Source: a virus. Taken from it: a stretch of DNA of 64,000 nucleotides. Both the position numbers and the translations under genes were made by a program. The notes under the pieces were generated by a model, which saw nothing but the letters and a program-made list of their open reading frames with translations, ran no database searches and was not told the origin of the DNA. This document shows, one piece after another, positions 18,599 through 27,800 of this stretch. The stretch lies in IMG/VR virus record IMGVR_UViG_3300045988_092720; one strand, given 5' to 3'. Each line of letters opens with the position of its first letter. The stretch's first letter is position 1.

Positions 18599-21505
18599 GC
18601 GGTCGAGCTGACAAGCGTCGGTGATGACCCCTTTGCTAATTCGTAGTGCGTGTACCGTTCCCTTAGTCAGCTTAGTAAAATCAACATCAAAGGTTACTAA
18701 CTTTTCCACGCCTGAATTCGTCTGTGCGGTAATAAAAGCATAAGGTTTACCGTGTTTAGTTTTACGTGCAGTTACAGAAAGTATGATAGCAGGCACAACA
18801 TTACCCACACATATACTTGTATCGTATTCATCAAAAATACTATTGAATGTGTATCCTAATGCTTTTAACTCCATAGCACCTTTGCTCAGATTATCTTTAG
18901 AATTAGCATCAAATTTATATTCACCTTTAGATTTACGTTTATCCTTTAGCCATTGTACATATTGAATATAGTCATTCCTATCATCGCCATCGTCAATTGC
19001 ACCACTATAAATTAAACCTTTTAATTGAGTTAAATTCATAGATGCATTCTTTTCTAAGAATTCTTTACCACGTGCACATTCATATGATTTAAGATTGCTA
19101 CATCCTGCAATTGCTCCAAGACCTAAACATACTGTATTCTTAGCAGTAGTACAGTGCTTATCTCCATATATATCAGGAGGTATAACTTTAATATTATTCT
19201 GTTTAGCATTATCTATAAATACTGATAGTTTTTCTTTGTCTCCAAAGTTGTTATCAAATATAGATGCATAAAATAACTCTGGATAATGTGCTTTTAAATA
19301 TGCACATCGCCAAGCAGTTAAACCATATGCGGCACTATGCCCTCTGTTAAATACATAGGAACCACAAGCAATCATTTGGTCAGCAATAGGTCTTACCACA
19401 TCTTCTGTATATCCATGTTCACTAGCACGCTTAACAAATTCGTCTACGGCTTGATTAATTTTATCTAACTCTTTACGACCGATAATGCGTCTCATAATAT
19501 CAGCTTCACCCATTGAATAGCCAGCTAATGTACGTACAATCTGCATAATTTGTTCTTGATATAAAATAACACCCTCAGTATCTTTTAAAATCGGTTCTAA
19601 TACAGGGTGTAAATATGTTACAGGCTCTTTGCCTTGTCTTCGTGCTATAAATACCTTGTCCATACCAACATCTAATACGCCAGGTCTTCCTATAGCTACA
19701 GTATCAACTAAATCATATACGCTCTTAGAATGGATACTCTTAACAATATTTGTCATTACGTCTGACTCAATTTGGAAAATACCAATGGTATTGCCACTCT
19801 GTAACAATTCTGCTGTCACTTTATCTTCTAACGGTATACTATGTATATCAAAATCACCAATACGATTAACTGTATTTTCAATAATATCTAATGTAGCTAA
19901 ACCTAGAATATCTAATTTAAGGATACCTTGCTTTTCTAAAATATGGAAATCTTCAGCCGCTACATACTGACCGTCTTGATACTCTATTGCACACCATTGA
20001 GCAGGGTCGCTAGGGAATACTGCAACTGCACTAGCATGAGTACTATAGTTTTCTAAGCGATTTAACATACTTTCTGCCATTTTCTTTAACTTAGCATCTT
20101 TAACTTCACTAATATCGTTGATGTTTTTAGATACTTTAGTTACATCAGATGGTTTCATATTTAATGCCCTACCAGCTTTTTGTACTGCTGCTTTGTCAGA
20201 TAAGAAGCCAAATGTTCTTACTGGATACGCATGGGTGTACTTTTCTTGAATATATTGAATAACTTCTTGTCTACGAGACTGTTGAAAATCACAATCTATA
20301 TCACAAGGGGTTACACGTTCTGGGTTTGTAAATCGTTCAAATACGAGATTGTATTGTAATGGGTCAATTTCTGTAATACCCATTAAATAAGCGACTAAAC
20401 TACCACAAACAGAACCACGACCTGCACCAGTAAGCATTCCTTTAGACTTAGCCCATTGTAACATATCATGAATGATACAAAAATAGTTATTATAATCAAC
20501 TTGAGTTAATACTTCAAGTTCATGTTTAACTTGTTTTGCATATTCATCTTTGTTAGGTTTTTTAGCAATACCTAGCTTTTTATATCCATCCCTACAATGG
20601 TCTAATACATATTTTGCAGGGTCTTTTACTGGGAATACAGGATAATGATTTTGACCAAATTCAATTTCTACATTACACTTATCAATAATATTACTAACAT
20701 TATCATAGTATTTTTGTTCTGGATAAATAGCCTTAAATTCATCTACAGTCCACATATGATAATCTCTACTACCATAATATGTTGACATATGATTATATTG
20801 CTCTTGATATTTTTGTTCTTCTTTATCGGAACTAGAATTATCTATCCTATATTGTATTTCTGCTAAATCTGCATCTAATAATAAGAAATCTCTATGCGAT
20901 TGCATTTGTTCGGGATACGCATAATGACTATCACCTGTAATAATAATAGGTACATTATATTTATCGCCAAGCTCCATAACTACTTTATTGTATTCCCATT
21001 GCAAAGGAAAATCATGAGGTTGTATTTCTAAATAAAAATCATCACCAAATGTATCTAACATACGTTGTATAAATTCGTCTCTAAGTAATTCATTTGATAA
21101 TGGACCAGCAACACAAGCAGTACTAACAATAATATCTTCATGGTATTCTCTTAATGCTTTATAATCAATTAATGGTTTATAATAGTGATGGTATGCACCA
21201 TATGTAGATAGCCTACGTAAGTTGTATAAACCTTCTGTTGATTTTGCTAACAATACCAAGTGATAACTTTCTCTAGTTTTTACATCTAAATCATATGAAA
21301 AATAGGCTTCCATACCAAGTATTGGTTTAATACCTGCATTTTGACAAGCAATATAATGTGATGTTAAACCAGATGTAGTACCGTGGTCTGTTAACGATAC
21401 GGCTGAATATCCTATTTCTTTAGCACGTTGTATACGCTCTTCTAAAGATGAATAAGCATCACGCCTACTATAAAAACTATGGCTATGTAAATCTGTAAAA
21501 TTCAT
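18587..21505 (-). CDS. DNA polymerase III alpha-like replicative polymerase with N-terminal PHP domain
   Basis: PHP motifs LHSHSFYS, SLTDHG, GMEAY; palm-like PCDIDCDF matching the PDIDxDF catalytic motif; 972 aa. Confidence 0.75.
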   Translation of the reverse strand: MNFTDLHSHSFYSRRDAYSSLEERIQRAKEIGYSAVSLTDHGTTSGLTSHYIACQNAGIKPILGMEAYFSYDLDVKTRESYHLVLLAKSTEGLYNLRRLSTYGAYHHYYKPLIDYKALREYHEDIIVSTACVAGPLSNELLRDEFIQRMLDTFGDDFYLEIQPHDFPLQWEYNKVVMELGDKYNVPIIITGDSHYAYPEQMQSHRDFLLLDADLAEIQYRIDNSSSDKEEQKYQEQYNHMSTYYGSRDYHMWTVDEFKAIYPEQKYYDNVSNIIDKCNVEIEFGQNHYPVFPVKDPAKYVLDHCRDGYKKLGIAKKPNKDEYAKQVKHELEVLTQVDYNNYFCIIHDMLQWAKSKGMLTGAGRGSVCGSLVAYLMGITEIDPLQYNLVFERFTNPERVTPCDIDCDFQQSRRQEVIQYIQEKYTHAYPVRTFGFLSDKAAVQKAGRALNMKPSDVTKVSKNINDISEVKDAKLKKMAESMLNRLENYSTHASAVAVFPSDPAQWCAIEYQDGQYVAAEDFHILEKQGILKLDILGLATLDIIENTVNRIGDFDIHSIPLEDKVTAELLQSGNTIGIFQIESDVMTNIVKSIHSKSVYDLVDTVAIGRPGVLDVGMDKVFIARRQGKEPVTYLHPVLEPILKDTEGVILYQEQIMQIVRTLAGYSMGEADIMRRIIGRKELDKINQAVDEFVKRASEHGYTEDVVRPIADQMIACGSYVFNRGHSAAYGLTAWRCAYLKAHYPELFYASIFDNNFGDKEKLSVFIDNAKQNNIKVIPPDIYGDKHCTTAKNTVCLGLGAIAGCSNLKSYECARGKEFLEKNASMNLTQLKGLIYSGAIDDGDDRNDYIQYVQWLKDKRKSKGEYKFDANSKDNLSKGAMELKALGYTFNSIFDEYDTSICVGNVVPAIILSVTARKTKHGKPYAFITAQTNSGVEKLVTFDVDFTKLTKGTVHALRISKGVITDACQLDRLTA

Positions 21506-22071
21506 ATTTTTACCTCATATCTTTTTGATTGACAATATTTATCAATTAATTGAGAAATAATATGGTCGTTCATTTTTTGCCTACTTTCATTTAATACATT
21601 TTTGATTATCAAAGCTCTATATTTTGGTATTACACTACCAACTTTATATGTTTCAGTAATTGTAGTTGGTTGTACTATATTAAATGAACTATAAAAATCA
21701 ATTTGTTCTGTTGAGCTGTTGCTTGTTAGTACCATAGGTATTCTTTGTTCATAACAAGAAAAACCATCTAATAATTCATGAATTTTCATTCTTACAACAA
21801 TTAAATCGTTACCTGCATTTTCGTATTGTATATTAACTAATTCGATACCAGCTCTTGATATAAATCCATCCGCTGACAATTCATGAACAAGTAATTGATT
21901 TAATGGCACTTGATTAAGAGGAGTTTCAATAATTAAATAGTCTTTGTTCCACGTGTTTATATAATATGCATTATCATTATTACTTACTGCACTAGCAAAT
22001 GACGATAGAGTTACTTTTAATATATCCTCATCATATGTATTTATTGGTTCAAATATTCTATATCTACTCAT
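21502..22071 (-). CDS. hypothetical protein (189 aa)
   Basis: ORF overlapping the polymerase start by 4 nt. Confidence 0.45.
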   Translation of the reverse strand: MSRYRIFEPINTYDEDILKVTLSSFASAVSNNDNAYYINTWNKDYLIIETPLNQVPLNQLLVHELSADGFISRAGIELVNIQYENAGNDLIVVRMKIHELLDGFSCYEQRIPMVLTSNSSTEQIDFYSSFNIVQPTTITETYKVGSVIPKYRALIIKNVLNESRQKMNDHIISQLIDKYCQSKRYEVKI

Positions 22072-22080
22072 ATTATCTCC

Positions 22081-22272
22081 TTATAAATCTGCGTAATCAT
22101 CTTCCATATATGCTAATATTAAACTTAATTCTTCATTAGATATAGTTTCTAAACTATCACCAGTTTTACAATCATCAATATAATATGCTAACCAACTCTG
22201 ATTACCTAAACTATGATGATAACTTTCAATTAATTTAATTTGATTTTCTCGCAATATATCTTGTGTTTGCAT
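22081..22272 (-). CDS. hypothetical protein (63 aa)
   Basis: ORF. Confidence 0.35.
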   Translation of the reverse strand: MQTQDILRENQIKLIESYHHSLGNQSWLAYYIDDCKTGDSLETISNEELSLILAYMEDDYADL

Positions 22273-22290
22273 TATTTATCCTTACTTTCA

Positions 22291-22455
22291 TTATAATACC
22301 TTCTCTAAATATTCAATATCTCTCATCCAATTGTCACGTTCAGCACACAGTCGTTTATTTGTTTCTTTCAGTTGTTTAATTAACTTTTCATTTTGCTTAA
22401 TTAAAGCATTAGTAATTGCAATATTTTCTCTAGTTTTTTCTTTTGTTTGATACAT
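22291..22455 (-). CDS. hypothetical small protein (54 aa)
   Basis: ATGGAGG RBS then ATG 22455, directly downstream of a consensus promoter; not in track. Confidence 0.4.
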   Translation of the reverse strand: MYQTKEKTRENIAITNALIKQNEKLIKQLKETNKRLCAERDNWMRDIEYLEKVL

Positions 22456-22476
22456 TTTTCTACCTCCATTTACTGC

Positions 22477-22505
22477 ATTATATCATACCTAAATAAATTT
22501 GTCAA
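22477..22505 (-). promoter_or_regulatory. consensus sigma70 promoter TTGACA-17-TATAAT
   Basis: Minus-sense TTGACAaatttatttaggtatgaTATAAT, about 20 nt before the RBS of the 54-aa ORF. Confidence 0.6.
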
Positions 22506-22506
22506 A

Positions 22507-22532
22507 TAAAAAAGGACCCCATAAAGGGGTCT
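22507..22532 (-). terminator. intrinsic terminator ending the late/lysis transcript
   Basis: Minus-sense GACCCC-tttat-GGGGTC followed by TTTTTTATTT. Confidence 0.6.
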
Positions 22533-23368
22533 ACTAAGTGTAACGTATTACGAAGTGTAATTCAATATTACGCTGAGTAATGTTATTCTTCTTTGTTTTA
22601 TATACTAAGTTGTAGTAATGTTATTACGTTCTAAGTGGTAGCGTTATAAATACCTAAAATACTGATACTGTAGAACCGCTACGCTAGGTGAAATACTCAC
22701 ATCGTTAGTTGCTGTAGTTGTAGATAATACCAAGAAGGAATATCTTTGTTCGTATTTTCTTTTTCTTATGTGTATTACCAACTAATCAATATCTGAACGC
22801 TAGTGAAGATATTCTGCGAACGCACCAGTTATGAATACCAAGTAACTGTATCACTTATTGGTAGTAATGTTGAGCATCTACTCTATATCTGTTACTACGC
22901 ACTTCGTTTGTAACTACTTCGTAGTTGATTGTAGTATATATTAATTAGTGAATATCTACTGTATTCTCTACTCGATGATTGCCCCAGTTAGTGCCGAGGT
23001 ATTGCCCCAATATACATGGGAGCGTATATACTTGTTTGGTATATAATCGAAACTTCATAGTTAATACTAAGGTAGCCCAGGTGTAGCTTTACCTACCACT
23101 CAAAAGAGTTTGTTTCGACTGCCATCTACGACGGGACAAAATCTGGGAAAATTGCACGCCAAACAGCCCCTGTCTCACAGCCATATTACCGAGTTGCTAA
23201 TTCGGTTCCGTTATTTTCAGTTGGTTTACGTTCTCAACACTATTCCGATATGATGTTTTATAAACATATTTAGTCAATACTCTGGATATACATGAGACTG
23301 CATGAACTTTCAAGGTTTGCCTATCTCCGTGCAATATGTATATTAGCAACCAGATATACTGAGTTGTG

Positions 23369-23569
23369 TTATCTTACATAACACTTACGTTCAGATGTTT
23401 TCCATACACTAGAAAATCTTTTGTATTTCTTACAAAACATTTGTGTACCATTCGTAGAATACGAACAATATTTACATCCTTTGCAATATTCTTTTTTCGG
23501 CTTTCTACGAGTGTGTTCAATACGACCACCCATTGAAACGCCATGTGTTCCTTTAGACCACTTTGCCAT
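23369..23569 (-). CDS. small basic zinc-ribbon-like protein (66 aa)
   Basis: AAGGAGAAAATT-ATG at 23569; CKGCKYC...FC...KC Cys pattern, K/R-rich; track ORF 23369..23611 starts further upstream inside a hairpin. Confidence 0.45.
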   Translation of the reverse strand: MAKWSKGTHGVSMGGRIEHTRRKPKKEYCKGCKYCSYSTNGTQMFCKKYKRFSSVWKTSERKCYVR

Positions 23570-23618
23570 AATTTTCTCCTTTCGGTAGAGCAAGTTCTGT
23601 GGCTCTACCACTACTCAC

Positions 23619-23647
23619 ATTGTAGCACCCTCACTGTCAGCTGTCAA
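23619..23647 (-). promoter_or_regulatory. sigma70-like promoter TTGACAGC-17-TACAAT with upstream GTCAGC/GCTGAC hairpin
   Basis: Minus-sense gtcagcaaaggtgTTGACAgctgacagtgagggtgcTACAAT. Confidence 0.55.
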
Positions 23648-23795
23648 CACCTTTGCTGACACCGCACCGTTGCTGGGTTTGTGAGGATTGTAGCACAGCC
23701 GAGGGCGAACCGTCAAGCCCACCCCTGACCGCACCACGGAGGAGATAACATTGCCTATAGTTATAGTAACATATAAAAATCAATTTGTCAAATTT

Positions 23796-24437
23796 TTAAT
23801 TGGTATACATTTTTATGAAGTTATAGCGTACATAATATACAGGTTCTTTGTCTGTAATATCATACTTAGCACCGTATACTAATTTGCCATTTTGTTTATC
23901 AATACCAACCTGACTATGAAACTTACCTGCACGGAATTCTTCTTGACCGTATACATTCAATTCATGACGTTCTGGTACTTTAATATCAAATTCAACAGTA
24001 GATTTTTGGTCCAATACTACTTTACCATTTTCAAACTTTTGTGTTTCATTTTGCTGTAAATCAAATTTCTGCTTTTTACCATTTACTTTGACTACAACAG
24101 CTGGCTTTTCAATACTAGCTTCTACGTCTGTATCTTCTTGTACATACGTTGGTACATTATTCACATATACCAATTCTTTCTGCTTTGGAACATAAGATAC
24201 GGTAGTCTTAGTATTAAGAGTAGCCTTCTCGTTCATTATTTTAGGCTGTAAGGTGGGTGTAGATTGTTCCACGTGTGTTTGCCTATGGAGCATATAAAAC
24301 AGCCCACAGAACGCAAATAACGCAATTAAAATGATAATATAAATCTTAATCTTTACATTCTTCAGGGTGGTAATGATACCAGATAGCTTTTCCACGAATA
24401 ATAGCACCTCCGTCTCCATCTTCTTGCGGTAATGCAA
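23796..24437 (-). CDS. membrane-anchored protein (N-terminal TM), possible lysis accessory/holin-like
   Basis: Hydrophobic segment IKIYIIILIALFAFCGLFYML; overlaps the 3' end of the amidase gene by about 90 nt. Confidence 0.35.
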   Translation of the reverse strand: MHYRKKMETEVLLFVEKLSGIITTLKNVKIKIYIIILIALFAFCGLFYMLHRQTHVEQSTPTLQPKIMNEKATLNTKTTVSYVPKQKELVYVNNVPTYVQEDTDVEASIEKPAVVVKVNGKKQKFDLQQNETQKFENGKVVLDQKSTVEFDIKVPERHELNVYGQEEFRAGKFHSQVGIDKQNGKLVYGAKYDITDKEPVYYVRYNFIKMYTN

Positions 24438-24879
24438 TCAAATCCCAACGCATATCAGGGTCATCATCATAGATAGAATACCCGTCAATAATTGCCCAGT
24501 CATTGTGTGTTTTAAAATGTTCTTTATCAATTTCCCAACCTTTAGCATCAGCAATGGTTTTAACAATCATAGCCATTTTATTAACTTGTGCATCAGTTGG
24601 TGGAACAGTTCCCCATCTAACATTTCCTTCTGTATCTACGCTTGCATCTGCACAGCAAAGAATAGATACACCAATATTACCTGTATTACGATGCCATGTA
24701 TGTTTACCAGTAGCATCAAAACTGTTAAAATCAGACCATACACGCCCATCACCTAAAATATTTAAGTGGTAGTAAGGGGAGGTATTTTCATACCCCCCAC
24801 CACTCCAATGTAAGGTTACTTGGTCGGCATGGCAATTAGCTGCTAAATAAGCAATATCATTTAGAGTATAAAAAGCCAT
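24346..24879 (-). CDS. N-acetylmuramoyl-L-alanine amidase (amidase_2/PGRP, T7-lysozyme-like) endolysin
   Basis: LHWSGGG...TWHRNTGNIGVSILC...IDKEHFKTHND pattern of Zn amidase_2; no cell-wall-binding domain. Confidence 0.6.
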   Translation of the reverse strand: MAFYTLNDIAYLAANCHADQVTLHWSGGGYENTSPYYHLNILGDGRVWSDFNSFDATGKHTWHRNTGNIGVSILCCADASVDTEGNVRWGTVPPTDAQVNKMAMIVKTIADAKGWEIDKEHFKTHNDWAIIDGYSIYDDDPDMRWDLIALPQEDGDGGAIIRGKAIWYHYHPEECKD

Positions 24880-27800
24880 TATTCCTCCTCAATACCGTCA
24901 TATAAACCATCAACAAATGTGTTATAAACATTAGCTTGTTCCTTGACCTTATCAGCCTCCACGGAAGATTTTTTAGGTAAGTATTTATTAGCCTTGTCAA
25001 TCGCAGACATTTGTTTCAATTCTCTTGCATCTCTAAGCTGTTTGCCAGTTACACCAAAGTCTTTAATACGTTGTTTGTTTTCTGGAGATGGGTCACGCAA
25101 GAAGTCATTAATAGCTTCTTTCTTCCCATCTTTAAGCTCTTGATTTGCCATAGTAAGTCTATAAGCTAAATCATTTTCTATAGACTCACGAACAGGTCTG
25201 AAACCTAACAATTTCATAAAACGCTCTTCAGATGTATATGCACCTTTATTTTCAGCATTTTTCCAGTCACGCATATTACCAGTGTATGCTTGATAGAAGT
25301 TGCCAAGTTGTGGAGATAACGCATGACTTACGCCTGTTACTACATCTCGCCAATCATGACTATTCCTAGCCACATCGCCAAGAGCACCATACGTAGATAA
25401 TGTAGGACCTAGTAATTCGCTACCACTACTAGGTGTTAAATCACCAAAGCCAACATTTCGGCTAAAGTCAACTCCAAACATAGATGGTGCACCCATAATA
25501 GCCATCATCGCTATACGTTGTTTAGTTTGGTCTTTACCAGCCCAATCATACAACACATCTTTTGTTCTATCTGTTAAGCCTTTACCTGTTAGCCATTTTA
25601 ACATATCATCGCCAGCACTCATGAATGGTAACCCCATAAAGCCAGCCATACCCATTGTAATACCAATAAAGCGACTTAATCCTTTATAGTCAATGGAGCC
25701 ATCAGGACCTTTGAATGCTGTAAATAAGAACTCAGCTTCCTTAACACCGAACTTCTTAAATTGCAAGATAGTTTTACCTAGTGTACCAAACTTAGTAAAT
25801 AACTGTGGAGAGTCAATATCTGTATAGTCAAAGTTTGTTTTAACTACGAAATCTTTGGCATATTCCATAGCCTTTTTATAAGCCTCTGGATTTTTAGTGT
25901 GTAAATCAGTAGTGTCTAAACCGTGTTTAGCAGCGTATTCTTCGTATGCGTGAATAGCAGCAACCTTACGAGTATAAGCATCGGCTTTCATAAAGCCTTT
26001 CATAGAAAGGTCAAATAATTTACCGAATTTAACTCCACCGATTGTAATTCTGCGATAATCTCCACTATCTAAGAATTCAGATGCTTGGCTTGCACTTTCT
26101 TCATACACTTCTAAATCATCAAATAATTGACCATATTTACCGTTTTTGCCACTCTTACCAGCTTGTTGCATAGCGTATTTTAATTGTGGCGTAAAGCCTG
26201 TTAAAGCTGCTACGTTAGCTAAAGTACCAAACTGTGCGATAGCGGCAGTAGGTCTAAATACACCTAATTTGAATACAGCCATAGCTTGCATATTACGGTT
26301 AAGAAGTGTTGTTACCCAATTATCACCCATATGTTTTGTCATATAGGCACCGATAAATGGAATTTCACGACCGATAGTATTTAATACCTTATCAGTATTA
26401 TTTGGTGCACCTATTACACGTTGAATATAGTTATGGACAATATCTTGTCGTGCGTTTTTAGCACCTGTACCATTACGACCGTATTGTTTTTCATAATTCT
26501 CACCATATACTTGTTCATAGTAACGTGTAGCAAAATCTAAGAATGGAGCATTGCCTTGATACTTCGCTTGTGTATTTGCATAATGGTAAATCGCTTTAAT
26601 ATGGTCTTCATTATGACCAAGCACGCCAGCACGTTTAAGATTATGCTTATTCCACATTTGAGCACCAGAACTACGGTATAAATATGCACTAACATTATCG
26701 TGTGTTAATACGCCATCTTTATCTTTCTTTAAGAGCTTTTCAAAGTTAGCCATACCAGCTTCTTTTTGTAGTTTTTTATAATCTAAACCAAGCTCTTTCA
26801 TACGTTCTTTGTTGTTAATTAGGTTTTGGAAATCATCATAAGTCATTGACTTATCTTTACCTTTTAGGAAGTGGTCAATGAATTTCTTAGTTTCTGTATA
26901 ATTACCTTGTACACGATTGAATAATGCTGCGGCATCCTCATCAGACATACGCTCATATACCTTATGTAATTCAGCTTCTTCATCTGTTAAGTTCGAATAG
27001 TAACCATCATAAGATTTAGATGCATCTGCTTGATATCTTTCTCTACGAATAGTCATGTAACCAACACCTTTTTCAACAGGTCTTGAGTCTACATATTTAT
27101 TCGCATCAGCTTCTGTATCAAAAGAAGTTAGTACCGTATACTGAGGGTAATATCTACCAGTTTCTGGGCTATACTTAACTTCCATTTTGTAAACACCATA
27201 ACGCTTATGCTCACGTGGAATATAGCCCCATAAGTCAGCAGATGGGTCCTTACCTCGTGATACTTGGTTGTCATTTACGTCTTTATGGATTTGGTTAAGT
27301 ACTTGGCGAATACCAACATATTTATCCCACAACCTTTCACTATAGCCTAAGTGTTTAGCATACGCTTTAGACATTTCCATTGCCACCTTGTTTGCATTAG
27401 CTTTATCTTTGTAGGAAGGGATATTTTCCTTACTAGAGATTACTTGGTATACATCCTTATTAACGCCAATATAAACATGATTACCTTTTTCTCTTTCAGC
27501 TTTTACAAACTTACGCATACGCTTATCGTCAGCTAAACCAAATTCCGTGAATGTATCTTCTGGTTTGATAATGGCGTATTTTAATTCACCGTTTAAATTA
27601 ACTGCTACTGGTTGAGCAAATTCACGACCACGTTTATCTACTTCACCTAATAGCTCATTCATTTTTTTATCTTCACCATTTTTTACATCCAAATCTGCAA
27701 ACTGTTTATCAAGCAGTTGCACATATTCAGTTTTCTTGCGACGATATGTGCGAGCGGCTACATATGCCTCTTTAATGATTGGCTTTAATTCTGGGATTAA

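Noticed and set aside
22540-23370. Possible tRNA genes in the ORF-poor region
   Set aside because: No segment shows cloverleaf hallmarks by eye (no GTTC-type T-arm with matching acceptor stem). tRNAscan was not run, so this is unconfirmed rather than excluded.
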